Part shown: piece by piece, positions 49,699 through 62,063 of the stretch
Layout of the letters: every line of letters begins with the position of its first letter
How positions within the stretch are numbered: position 1 is the stretch's first letter
From: an uncultured delta proteobacterium
GTDB taxonomy: Bacteria > Myxococcota_A > Polyangia > Polyangiales > JAFGIB01
Assembly (NCBI GenBank): GCA_963778655.1
Contig: CAVZVA010000003.1
Coordinates: 384,001-448,000 of the forward strand
Length of the DNA: 64,000 bases
Direction: 5' to 3'
The notes under the pieces: generated by a model
What the model saw: only the letters and a program-made list of their open reading frames with translations
Told to the model about the DNA's origin: nothing
The model's database searches: none
Translations under genes and position numbers: made by a program

Positions 49699-50262
49699 AT
49701 GGCGAAACGACGGCGCAAGGGCAAGCAACCGCCAGAGCAGCCGCCCGCTACGGCACCCGCGACCTCGCCGGGGGCCGAGCCACCCGAACAGGACGCGCCG
49801 CAGCCGGACGCGCCGGCGCCCGCAGCAGCCGCCGCCGCGCCCTCGAGTCTCGGCGGCCGGCGCGCGAGCAATGCCTTCATTCTGCTGTTTCTGCTCTATC
49901 AGGTGGCGATGCCGCTGCGCTATTACCTGGGCGGCCGCGGCGACGACGAGCGCTTCAGCTGGCGCATGTTCTCGACCGTGCGCATGCACCGCTGCGACGT
50001 GCGGCTGTATCAGGTCGAGGCGGGCCAGCGTCGGCCAGTCGACCTCACCCGGGCGGTACAGGTCGCTTGGATTGGCATGCTCGAGCGCAACCGGCCGCAG
50101 GTGGTGCGCGCGCTGATGCGGCGCCGCTGCCGCGAGCCCGACACCAACGCGGTCCGCTTCGAACGCCGCTGCACCAACACCGACGGCACGGCCCTGCCGC
50201 CCTTGCTGCTCGACATGAGCTGCCAGAGCGGCCGCGTCACCCGTGCCAAGGCGGCGCCATGA
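49699..50262 (+). CDS. Membrane-anchored hypothetical protein upstream of HTTM gene
   Basis: TM segment followed by PLRYY…DERFSWRMFS. Confidence 0.7.
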   Translation: MAKRRRKGKQPPEQPPATAPATSPGAEPPEQDAPQPDAPAPAAAAAAPSSLGGRRASNAFILLFLLYQVAMPLRYYLGGRGDDERFSWRMFSTVRMHRCDVRLYQVEAGQRRPVDLTRAVQVAWIGMLERNRPQVVRALMRRRCREPDTNAVRFERRCTNTDGTALPPLLLDMSCQSGRVTRAKAAP

Positions 50263-50305
50263 GACTCGCCGTGCCACGCCCCCGAGCCAAGCGCGAGGAC
50301 CAGTC

Positions 50306-51847
50306 GTGAACGCGTTCGAGCGCTTCTTCTACAGCGAGCACGGCGCGAGCCGCGCGTACCTGTTCTCCAAGCTGTTTCTGCTGATGCTCGCGCTCGACAC
50401 CTGGATGCTGATGATCGGCCACGCCGGGCGCTACGGCGTGGCCGGCTTCAACGTTGCGCACTTCGCCTGGCTCGACGCGCTGCAGCCGCTGCCCAGCGCG
50501 CGCTCCTACGTGGCGGTGCTGCTGCTGACGGGCTTGCTCGCGCTGGTGATCGCGCTGACCGGCATCCGCCGCAGCAGCGTGCTCGTGCTGTTCGCGCTCT
50601 ACACCTACTCCTGGTCGATGAGCATGCTCGACAGCTACCAGCACCACTACTTCCTCTCGCTCATCCTGCTGTGCCTGGCCTTCTTTCCGCAAACCTCGGC
50701 GCTCGAGATCCACCCCCCCCTGCCGCCCGAGCCCGGGCGCAAGCAACGCCGCCGCGAGCGCTCCGGCCAGCCGCAAGCCGCACACGCCGAGCGTGCGGGC
50801 TTCGTCTACGCCAGCAGCGTGCTGGCGATCGCGCTGGCCTACGCCACGATCGACGCCCGCGGCCACACCTGGGTCGCGTTCTTCCTGTTCGCAGCGGCGC
50901 TGGCGATCGCGACCTGGCTCTACACGCCCGCGCGCAGCGCGCCGCCGCTGCTGCGGCCGGGCTTCGGCTTCAGCCTGCTCGGCGCCACGGTCGCGATCGT
51001 CTACACCTTCACCGCGATCGCCAAGATGGACCGCAGCTGGGTGCAGGGGCACACCATCCGCCAGATCAGCTCCGCAGACCAGGCGTTCGCCGGTCTGGTC
51101 GAGTACGCGGGGCGCTTCGGGCTGCCGCGCGAGCGGCTATGGTCGCTGCTGGCGACACTGGTGATCCCACAGGAGCTGACGCTCGCCGCCTGCTACCTGC
51201 TGGCCGTGCACCAGGATCGGCTCGGCAGCCGGCTCGTGCGCGCGCTGTGCGGGCTCGGCTTCGGGCTCGCGATCGTGCTGCACGTGGGCGCGGAGGCCAT
51301 GGGCCTGCAGATCGGCTGGTTCAGCTACTACATGCTGGCGCTCGCTTGCTGCTTCCTGCTGCCGCTGCCGGTGGTCGATCGGCTGGCGACCGTGTTCACT
51401 TGGCCGGCCCGCTTCCTGCAGCACCAGGCGCTCGAGTGGGAAGCGCAGGGCCCGCCGCCGAAGCTCGCCAGCCTCGCGCTCGCGCTGCTGTGCGCGGGCC
51501 TGCTCGGCTTGGTCGGCTTCATGATCGACCTGCCGGGCGCGCTGCTCGCGTGCGCGCCCGCCGGCGTCGCGCTGCTCGCCGTGACCGCCGCCGCGCTCTA
51601 CGCGCGCAGCCCGCGCGACCCGCGCCGCCACGCCGTGGCCACCGCGCTCGCCGCGGTCGGCATGTGGCTCGCGATCGCGAACAGCGACGTGCGCTGGGAC
51701 TTCTACCGTTACCTGGGCGGTGACCTCAAACGCCGCGGCGAGCTCGCCCCGGCGCTCGAGACCTACCTCGAAGGCGAACGCTTCGCCCCGCCGGGCGAAA
51801 GCCGGGCCAAGCAGATCCGCGAGCTGCGCCAAGCGCTCGGCCGCTAA
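50306..51847 (+). CDS. HTTM-domain (gamma-carboxylase-like) membrane protein
   Basis: YQHHY, VYTFTAIAKMD..W..G, IGWFSYYM; many TM helices. Confidence 0.75.
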   Translation: MNAFERFFYSEHGASRAYLFSKLFLLMLALDTWMLMIGHAGRYGVAGFNVAHFAWLDALQPLPSARSYVAVLLLTGLLALVIALTGIRRSSVLVLFALYTYSWSMSMLDSYQHHYFLSLILLCLAFFPQTSALEIHPPLPPEPGRKQRRRERSGQPQAAHAERAGFVYASSVLAIALAYATIDARGHTWVAFFLFAAALAIATWLYTPARSAPPLLRPGFGFSLLGATVAIVYTFTAIAKMDRSWVQGHTIRQISSADQAFAGLVEYAGRFGLPRERLWSLLATLVIPQELTLAACYLLAVHQDRLGSRLVRALCGLGFGLAIVLHVGAEAMGLQIGWFSYYMLALACCFLLPLPVVDRLATVFTWPARFLQHQALEWEAQGPPPKLASLALALLCAGLLGLVGFMIDLPGALLACAPAGVALLAVTAAALYARSPRDPRRHAVATALAAVGMWLAIANSDVRWDFYRYLGGDLKRRGELAPALETYLEGERFAPPGESRAKQIRELRQALGR

Positions 51848-51887
51848 ATCAGAGCTTGTGATTCGATCCCGAATCGCGAGCTCTGAT
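51848..51887. terminator. 18-bp-stem hairpin between convergent HTTM gene and rpmG
   Basis: ATCAGAGCTTGTGATTCG-ATCC-CGAATCGCGAGCTCTGAT (two G-T pairs). Confidence 0.6.
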
Positions 51888-51909
51888 CGCGTGCTCCGGC
51901 GCTGCGCGC

Positions 51910-52071
51910 TCAGCCCTTGGAGATCTTGCCTTCTTTGTGATCGGTGTGCTTGCGGCAGGCGTTGCAGAACTTCTTGATCGCGAACTTCTCCGTCATCGTG
52001 CGCTTGTTCTTGTCGGTGACGTAGTTGTCGCGCTTGCAGTCCTGGCAGGTCAGCTTGATCAGGTCGCGCAT
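51910..52071 (-). CDS. rpmG: 50S ribosomal protein L33 (Zn-binding form)
   Basis: MRDLIKLTCQDCKRDNY.T.KNKR…KKFCNACRKHT.HKE. Confidence 0.95.
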   Translation of the reverse strand: MRDLIKLTCQDCKRDNYVTDKNKRTMTEKFAIKKFCNACRKHTDHKEGKISKG

Positions 52072-52143
52072 GGCTGGCTCCGGAAGGCTCCTCGGAAGTC
52101 GGCGGAGCATACCCGCGTCCGCGCGGGGGTCAACCTGAGCCCC

Positions 52144-54719
52144 TCACCCCGGGTTGACGTGCACCGCCGCGGCGGCGCCGTTGCGGCCGTTGGGCCCCGA
52201 AAAGCCGGGCGAAAAGCCACCGGAGCCACCGCGCCCGGCCACGCCCGCGCCCTCGACGCTGGCGCCCCGACCGAGCGCGTCCGCGTAACCCGCGGGGGGC
52301 GTGCCCACCACGTACACGCCGTAGCTGCCGCCGCCGCAGCCGCCCGCGCCACCACCGCCCGCGCCGCCGCGACCGCCGTCGCCGCCGCGCCCGCCGTTGC
52401 GCGCGCACCAGAAATCGCTCACGCCGCCCAGGCCGCCCGCGCCCCCGCTACCGCCGCCCGCGCCGATCCCGCCGGCGCCGCCGGCGCCGCCGCTCGCGGT
52501 GACGATGCGCACGCCCGACAGCTGCGGCCCGGCGCCGCCACCGCTCGGCAGCCGGATCAACACGCCGACCGCACTGCCGCCGCCGCCGCCGCCGTACGCC
52601 GCGGGCGCGCCGCAGCCGCCGCTGCCGCCGCCGCCACCACTGCCGCCGGCCTCGTCCGTGCAACCCGCTTCGGTGTTGCCGATCACCGCGTAGCCCGAGC
52701 CCGAGGTGGCGCCGCCGCCGCCCGAGCCGTCCGCGCCGTCCGCGCCATCGCCGCCGCCGCCCGCCGCGAGCAGACCGCTGGCGAAGTCCACCTGCTCGCT
52801 CGCGTCGCACGCCGCGCCCGGCGTGCCGTCGCCACCGGGCGCGCCGTCACCACCGGCGCCGCCGCTGCGCGGCAGCGAGGGATTGTCGTCGCAGAACTCG
52901 CACAGGTTGCGGTTGGTGGGCGCCGCGTAGGTCGGCTCGCCGCCCGCACCCGGCACGCTGCCACGGCCGGGCTGCGCGCTCGGCCCGGACGTGGCCGCGG
53001 CCTTGGCCGCCGCCAGGTCGCACACACCGCTGCTGTCGGTGAAGTCGGTACAGCCGGCGTTGCCGCACGGCATGCCGCTGCCGTTGACGCACGCGCTGGT
53101 CAGGTCCGGGCAGTCGGCGCCGCCGCCGCTGCCGCCGCTGACGTCGGCCCGCGGGCACAGCTTGGCGCCCGCCGCCCCGCCCGCGATCGGCACGCACGCG
53201 CCGCCGCTCGCGGTGCCGTCGATGCCGGGCGCGCCGTCGGCGCCGGCCAGCGCGCCGAGCGAGGCCAGCCCGAAGCGGCCGAGGTTGTCGCTCGAGCTGG
53301 CGCCATCGGCGCCCGCGGCCGCCCTGCCCGCAATCACGGTGAGGTTGGACAGCGTGAGCGCGTCGCTGCAGCGATCGAGGTAGACCGCGGTGCTGCCCTC
53401 CCCGGCCTGCGCGGCCTCGCCGCCTTCGATCGTCAGCCCGTCGATGGTGGCGGGTAGCTGCAGGCTCTTGCCGCGCAGCACCGGCGCGCCACCGGCGCCC
53501 GCGGGCGCCTCGATCAGCACTGGATTGAGCACCACGTCGCGCTGGCGGAAATCGGGGCTGTAGCCGCCGAACAGCGACACCCCGTCGACCAGATCGATCG
53601 GCCCCGGATAGATGCCGCGCGCCACCAGCACACTGCGCTCGCTGGCCTTGCCCAGCGCGAGCCCGCGCGCGATCGTGCGCACCGGACGCGAGGCGTCCAT
53701 GCCGTCGTTGGAGTCGTCACCGGTCTGCGCCACGAAGATCAGCTCCGGCGTGGGATCGACCTTGCCGTCGCAGTTGGCGTCGGCGCCGATCACCACGCCC
53801 GGCCCCGGCATCAGCTGGCACTCGCAGCCGGTGACCCCCAGCTTGTCCACGTCGACGAAGCCGGGCTCGCAGCTCAGGTCGCAGCGCGCGCCCGCGCCAT
53901 CGGCGACGCAGCTCGCGCGCATGTGCGGGCCCGGTGCCTCGCACGGCTGCCCGCACGCCCCGCAGTTGTCCGCGGTGAGGTAGCGCCCCGCGGCGTCGGC
54001 GAAGCCTTCATCGACCTTGTCGTCGCAATCGTCGTCCTGCCCGTTGCAGCTCTCGGGCAGCGCGGCCACGCAGGCGCTCAGGCCGCTCGGCCCACACTGC
54101 TGCAGGCCAGCGCAGGCGAGCCCGGCGGCGTTGTGCAGCAAGCATCCGAGCTGCGCGCCCGAGGCCGGGCCGGCGCAGGCACAGCTGCCGTTGTTCGGCC
54201 GGCACAACAGCGGATCGCCCGGCGCCGCCGCGTCGCACGCAAAGCCCGGCGGGCAGTCGCTCGGCAGCCGGCACGGCCGGCCGCAACGATTGGCGCCCGT
54301 CGGGTCGGGCACGCAGCGCGCGCCCTCGGTCCACTGCGCGCAGTCCGCGTCGCTATCGCACGGCATGCACAGCACCTCGGTCGCCGGCACGCAGCTGCCG
54401 CTGTCCGGGCTCGGCAGGCGCTGGCCTGGCGGGCATTGCGCGATGCGGCAGCGCGACGCGCCGTCGCTGTCGGTCACGCACTCGGTGCGCGCCGCGTCCG
54501 GGAACGCCGCGTCGCACGACACCCCGCAGCCGCCGCAGTCCTGCACGCTGGTGTAGCGGCCGCGCGGGTCGGCGAAGCCCTCGTCCGTCACGCCGTCGCA
54601 ATCGTCGTCCAGCCCGTTGCACTGCTCGGGCTGACACGGCCGGGCTGCATAGCACGCGCCCAGCCAGAGCGCGCACAGCGGCGCGAGCACGGACCGCGGC
54701 AGCCTGGCGAGCGCGTCCT

Positions 54720-54723
<4 letters not shown>
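52144..54723 (-). CDS. Cys-rich/Gly-rich surface lipoprotein (CNGxDDDCDG repeats, DUF1565-like and PGRS-like regions)
   Basis: LGAC lipobox, EQCNGLDDDCDG, GDDSNDG…PVRTIARG, Gly-rich C-half. Confidence 0.75.
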
Positions 54724-57299
<2,576 letters not shown>

Positions 57300-57360
57300 C
57301 GCACAAAGCGTATCGCATCGGGCGCACGGGGGCACCTTCCGCGGAGTGCAGGACCCACGC

Positions 57361-58488
57361 TCACCAGCCGAGCTCGGCGCGGATCAGCGCGGCTAGCTCG
57401 TGACCGAGTCGGGCGTGGGTGGAGACGTTGGGGTGAAAGTCGCAGCCGAAGCCCTCGGCCGGATCGACGTAGAGCTGGAGCAGCGCGGTTTGCGTGTCGC
57501 CGAGCGCACGCCGCTGCGCCTGCACCTCGAGCAGCCAGCGGCGCAACGTGCTGCGCGCCTGCGGCTGCGGAAAGTCGTCGGCCAGCATCGGACCCAGCAC
57601 CAGTACCAACAGCGCGTGCGGGTGGCGCGCGCGCAGGCGTGCGACGAACGCGAGATAGCTCGACACGAAGCGCTGCGCGTCCGGCACGCCCGCGAAGAAG
57701 TCGTTGGTTCCCAGGTTCAACACCACCACGTCGGCCGGCACCGCCTCCGCGTCGGGCTGCAGCCGCGGCTCTTCCGGCAACACGCGCGGATAGACCGCCG
57801 GCAGCGGAAGCGCATCGCGCGGATCGTAGTTGCGGGTCACGCCCTTGCCGCTCCAGGCGATCATCACTGCCGCGGCGCCCAGCTCGCGCGCGGCGTACAC
57901 GCCGAAGCTGCGCAGGCTGTTCTCGGTGCGCGGGCTGAACTGACAGCTGGGCGCGCTGCCCTCGTCGCCGTAGCCGGCGGTGACCGAATCGCCGACCAGC
58001 TCGATGCGCCGCGAGGGCGCGGTCGGGGGCGGGCGCAGGCTCGCGCCGGGATCGAGCACGAAGCCGCGCAGCGCGATCACCCCGACCTGGCCCTCGGTCC
58101 GCTTGTAGATCGCCGCCCGGTGCGTGCCGGGGCCAAGGCCACGCGCGAGCGGATACAGGTGCAAGCCTTCGGCGAGCGCGAAGGTCTTCGGCTGGCCGCC
58201 GTCGATCACGACCGAGATCCAGTCAGTGTCGCGCGTCTGGTCCTCGACCGGCACGTCCTGCAGCCGCGCGCGCAGCGAGCTGCCGCGAAACGCCAGCTCG
58301 ATCGCGCTCGCGGGCCAGCCGAAGCGCACGGCGCCGGCCGTGTGCTCGAAGCGCCCGGTGTAGCGGATGCGCGCGTCCGAGGGTGCCACCTGCACGGGCG
58401 GCGGCGGGGCCGGCCGCGCGCAGCCGAGCGCCAGGGACAGCGCGCAGCAACCGCTGCGCCACGCCGTGCTCGCAGGCGGCGCCCGCAT
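57361..58488 (-). CDS. SGNH hydrolase, carbohydrate esterase family 2-like lipoprotein
   Basis: IRYTGRF, KRTE, VGDSVTAGYG, AWSGKG, NLGTND, DFHP. Confidence 0.85.
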   Translation of the reverse strand: MRAPPASTAWRSGCCALSLALGCARPAPPPPVQVAPSDARIRYTGRFEHTAGAVRFGWPASAIELAFRGSSLRARLQDVPVEDQTRDTDWISVVIDGGQPKTFALAEGLHLYPLARGLGPGTHRAAIYKRTEGQVGVIALRGFVLDPGASLRPPPTAPSRRIELVGDSVTAGYGDEGSAPSCQFSPRTENSLRSFGVYAARELGAAAVMIAWSGKGVTRNYDPRDALPLPAVYPRVLPEEPRLQPDAEAVPADVVVLNLGTNDFFAGVPDAQRFVSSYLAFVARLRARHPHALLVLVLGPMLADDFPQPQARSTLRRWLLEVQAQRRALGDTQTALLQLYVDPAEGFGCDFHPNVSTHARLGHELAALIRAELGW

Positions 58489-58492
58489 CGGC

Positions 58493-58807
58493 TCACTCCG
58501 GCAGGGTGTCGAGCGCGGTCTGAAGCTCGCTACGCGCGTGCTCGTCGCGCGCCGCCTTGGCGACGGCCACGCCCTGCTGCAGCCAGACGCGCGCGTCCTC
58601 GGTGCGCTCCAGCTCCGCCGCGATCTGCCCGGCCATCAGGAAGGTGGGCACGTAGTCGGGGTGCAACGCCCGCACCTCCTCCAGCGCGCCGAGCGCGTCC
58701 TCGAGCTGCCCCATGCCGCGCAGCTCCAGCGCGCGCGCATAGCGCACGAAGGGGTCCTTGCTGCCCTTGGCGATCAGCTGCTCCAGCCGCTGCAAGCGCG
58801 CGTTCAC
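58493..58807 (-). CDS. Small TPR protein
   Basis: DPFVRYARALE…HPDYVPTFLMAGQ…DEHARSEL. Confidence 0.8.
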   Translation of the reverse strand: MNARLQRLEQLIAKGSKDPFVRYARALELRGMGQLEDALGALEEVRALHPDYVPTFLMAGQIAAELERTEDARVWLQQGVAVAKAARDEHARSELQTALDTLPE

Positions 58808-58880
58808 GGTCGACCCGAGTGTTCCTTGCGCCGGGACGGGCGCGTGCGCGTCAAAGTCACGGTATCACAGCACGCACGAG

Positions 58881-58959
58881 CGGAGCGAGCCTCGCAGGAG
58901 GGTGGGGCCCCGGCGGCTTTGCCGACGGGGCGGGAGGGGCGCATTCCCCTCCCGGTATC
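58881..58959 (-). repeat. Structured repeat family 1, single copy 4 nt after hpt stop
   Basis: Minus strand GATACC-GGGAGGGG AATGCG CCCCTCCC-G-CCCCGTCGGC AAA GCCGCCGGGG-CCCCACCCTCCTGCGAGGCTCGCT. Confidence 0.8.
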
Positions 58960-58963
58960 GAAC

Positions 58964-59491
58964 CTACGGCAGCACACCGACGTAGGGCAGGTTGCGGTAG
59001 TGCTGCGCATGGTCGAGACCATAGCCCACCACGAACACGTCGTCGATCGAGAAGCCCAGGTAGTCGATGCTCACCGCAGCGCGTGAGCGCGCCGGCTTGT
59101 GCAGCAGCGCCGCCAGCTTGAGCGAGCGCGGCCCGCGCGTGCCCAGATTTTCGAGCAGAAAGCGCAACGTCAGCCCGGTGTCGACGATATCCTCGATCAG
59201 CAGCACGTCCTTGCCTTCGACCGGCTGCGTGAGGTCGCTGGTGATCTGCACCACGCCGCTGGTCTCGGTCGAGTCGCCATAGCTGCGCACGCCCAGGAAA
59301 TCGAGCGTCATCGGCAGCTCGATGCAGCGGATCAGATCGGCGGCGAACACGAAGCTGGCCTTGAGCACCGCCACCGCGACCAGCTCGCGGCCGCGGTAGT
59401 CGGCGGTGATGCGCGCGCCGAGCTCGTGCACGCGCGCGGCGAGCACGTCGGCGGAGAGCAGGCACGGCGGCTTTGGCAGGCTCGTGCTCAT
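58964..59491 (-). CDS. hpt: Hypoxanthine phosphoribosyltransferase
   Basis: [18 protein letters not shown] motif, FVVGYGLD…YRNLPY. Confidence 0.93.
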   Translation of the reverse strand: MSTSLPKPPCLLSADVLAARVHELGARITADYRGRELVAVAVLKASFVFAADLIRCIELPMTLDFLGVRSYGDSTETSGVVQITSDLTQPVEGKDVLLIEDIVDTGLTLRFLLENLGTRGPRSLKLAALLHKPARSRAAVSIDYLGFSIDDVFVVGYGLDHAQHYRNLPYVGVLP

Positions 59492-60264
59492 AGCGTCTGC
59501 AGCAGCACGCGCGCGGCGCGCAGCCCGTGGGTGAGCAGCTCGGGCAGCGACCCGAGCAGGATCAGCGTGGCGGCCCACACCGCGAGCAGGCCGAGCGCGG
59601 CGCGCCCCGGCAGCAGCGCCAGCGTGAGGCCCGAGCCGGCTGCGCTGCGCGCGGCCAGCGCCACCGCGAGCTCGGCCAGACCGATCGCGGCGCCGACCGG
59701 CAGCGAAAGCAGCAGCGCGCTCGCGAAAGCGTCGCCGACCAGCCGCGCGCTGGAAAGCGCCACCGCCGGCAGCGCGTGCAGCGGCGCGGGCGCGCCCAGC
59801 GGCCTGCGCGCTAGCGCGTCGGCCAGCGTGCGCAGCGCGACCCGGTGTCCGCCCAGCGCAAAGAACACCGAAACCCCCAGCAGCAGCTGCAGCGCAGCGT
59901 AGGGATGCTCGCTGCCGGGCGTGCCCGAGAAGCGGCCGTACAGCCGGCCCGCCCACTCCAGCGCGAGCAGCGGCAGCGCCAGCGCGAGCGCGTAGACCGT
60001 GCCGAGCAACGCCTCGCGCAGGCTCAGCGCCAACAGCGAGGACAACGCGAGCGGCAGCGCGGGAGCGCCCGCGCTCGCCACCGGCCACAAGCACAGCGCG
60101 AGCACCAGCGTCACCGCCAGTGCCAGCGGCGCCGGCGCGCGCCGCACGGCGAGCCACGGCGCCAGCCAGCAAAGCGGCGCAAGCCGCGCCAGCAGCAGCA
60201 CGCCGAGCGCCAGCTCGCGCGCGAGCGCCTGCGGCTGCAGCCCGCCCTGGACCAGCGCGCTCAT
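59488..60264 (-). CDS. FliR/SctT-like type III export membrane protein
   Basis: LARL.P, REALLG…AG, FFALGGH, LSLP…LAAR; follows a FliQ-like gene. Confidence 0.75.
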   Translation of the reverse strand: MSALVQGGLQPQALARELALGVLLLARLAPLCWLAPWLAVRRAPAPLALAVTLVLALCLWPVASAGAPALPLALSSLLALSLREALLGTVYALALALPLLALEWAGRLYGRFSGTPGSEHPYAALQLLLGVSVFFALGGHRVALRTLADALARRPLGAPAPLHALPAVALSSARLVGDAFASALLLSLPVGAAIGLAELAVALAARSAAGSGLTLALLPGRAALGLLAVWAATLILLGSLPELLTHGLRAARVLLQTL

Positions 60265-60530
60265 GGCCCGCGCCGCGCCAGCTCGGCGAACAGCGCCGTG
60301 GTGAACGCCACCAGCCGGGCCAGCATCCAGGCTCCGCTCAGCAACAGCGCTGCGGCCACCGCCAGCAGCCGCGGCACGAACGACAGCGCCGGATCCTGGA
60401 CCTGGGTCGCGGCCTGCAGCACGGCGCTAAACAGGCCGGCGAGCAGGCTCGCCAGCAACGCCGGCGCGGCGAGCCACAACGCCAGCTGCAGGGCCTGAAG
60501 CACGTGCTGACCGAGCGCGCTCGCTTCCAC
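60261..60530 (-). CDS. FliQ/SctS-like type III export membrane protein
   Basis: [24 protein letters not shown]; 89 aa from GTG. Confidence 0.85.
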   Translation of the reverse strand: MEASALGQHVLQALQLALWLAAPALLASLLAGLFSAVLQAATQVQDPALSFVPRLLAVAAALLLSGAWMLARLVAFTTALFAELARRGP

Positions 60531-60627
60531 GCCGCCCACGGTAGCGATCACGCGGCGCGGACGCAACGAACGACCATGAAACAGGACCAGAAGACGCCGC
60601 CTTGACGCGGGCGCACCGCGCTGCCGG

Positions 60628-62004
60628 TCAGGATCCGGGCTGAAACACCACGGGAAACTTGGTGCTGGTGGCGTCGCCCGCGTTCGGGAAGCGCCACATG
60701 CGCACGGTGCGCTCGATGCACTGGGCCATGCCGGGCAGGCCCTGACCGCTGGTCTTGACGCTGGTGACGTTGCCCGCGGCCGAGACCGAGATGTTGACGT
60801 CCATGCGCACGGTCTCGTCCGAGCCCGACCCGCGCAGCGCGGTCTCATAGCAGCGCTGCAGGTTCTCGCGACCCTTGAGCACCACCTTGGAGAGCTGTTG
60901 CGCGGTGAGCCCCCCGCTGCCGTGCGCCGACGAGCCGCTGCTGCTGCTGCTGGGCGCGCGCAGATTGGGCGCGGCCGAGGTGTCGCCGCCCATGCGCTCC
61001 AGCATCGCCTTCTGCTCGGCGGTCAGCTCCTTCTTCGCCGGCTGCTTGGCGCTGGCGCTGCTGCTCTTGCTGCTGCGCGACGAGCTCGAGGACGAACCCG
61101 GCGTTTCGGGCTCGGCCGCCCCGATCACCATCTGCCCGCCCGGCTCAGTCGGCTCTTCGCTCGGCTGCTGCAGCTGCAGGTTGGGCTGCACCGGCTGCGG
61201 CGCGGCGGCAGGCGGCGGCGCCGCGGCCGCGCTGTTGGCGCGCTGCTCGCGCACCAGCCACTGCGCGCCCATGATCGCCAGCGCCGACATCAAGAACGCG
61301 AGGCCGCCCGCGAGCGCGAACATCACCGGGCCCGAGGGCAGCCCGGTGCGGCGCTCGACCGCGCCCCCGTCGAGCAGGGGGTTGACCGAAACCTGGGAGT
61401 GCGACTGCGCGTGAGACGGTGGCGGCTGCTGCGCCCACTCCTCGACTCCGTAGCCCGGCCCGGCGCCCGCACGCCCGCCCAGCGGCAGCATGTCGGCGCG
61501 CTGCGCGGGCTGCGTCAGCATCGCGGGTGGCGGCGGCGGCAGGCCGAGCGCGGGCGGCGGCGCCACCAGCATGGCGAGCTCGGGGATGCGACCGATCGGC
61601 AGCCAGTCGTCAAGCCCCTCGCGCCACGCCAGCGAATCCAGCGTGATCACCCCCGAGGCCAGCTTGCGCGCGACCTCGTCGCGGCGCATCGGCCCGACCG
61701 GCACGTCGTTGATGCCGACGTGCCACTCGTCGAGCGTCAGCACCGGCGCCTGCGGGCGCTGGTTGCTCGCGACCTGCATCTGAAAGTCGGCCCCGAGCGG
61801 CGAGGGCGGGGGCGGGGGCGCGTGCGGACGCGCCGGCTGCACGTGCGCGGCCGCATAGCCCTGAGGCTGGGGCGCGGCCGCGGGCTCGCCGTGGATGACG
61901 ATCTCCTCGTGGCAGCGCCGGCAGGTCATGCGCAGCGTGCGCCCGGCGACCTTCTCGTCGGCGATCTGATACTTCGCCTTGCAGTTGCCACACAGGAACT
62001 TCAT
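60628..62004 (-). CDS. Zinc-ribbon + GYF_2 + TM + TonB-C/AgmX-like protein
   Basis: CGNCKAKY…CRRC, WHV…GPM…LAWREGLDDWLP, LQRCYE…CIERTVRMWRFP. Confidence 0.8.
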   Translation of the reverse strand: MKFLCGNCKAKYQIADEKVAGRTLRMTCRRCHEEIVIHGEPAAAPQPQGYAAAHVQPARPHAPPPPPSPLGADFQMQVASNQRPQAPVLTLDEWHVGINDVPVGPMRRDEVARKLASGVITLDSLAWREGLDDWLPIGRIPELAMLVAPPPALGLPPPPPAMLTQPAQRADMLPLGGRAGAGPGYGVEEWAQQPPPSHAQSHSQVSVNPLLDGGAVERRTGLPSGPVMFALAGGLAFLMSALAIMGAQWLVREQRANSAAAAPPPAAAPQPVQPNLQLQQPSEEPTEPGGQMVIGAAEPETPGSSSSSSRSSKSSSASAKQPAKKELTAEQKAMLERMGGDTSAAPNLRAPSSSSSGSSAHGSGGLTAQQLSKVVLKGRENLQRCYETALRGSGSDETVRMDVNISVSAAGNVTSVKTSGQGLPGMAQCIERTVRMWRFPNAGDATSTKFPVVFQPGS

Positions 62005-62063
62005 GGAAGCGTCATCCCAGCGGAGCGCGCCCCCCGTCGTCCGGGCGCGATCCCGCTGCACTT

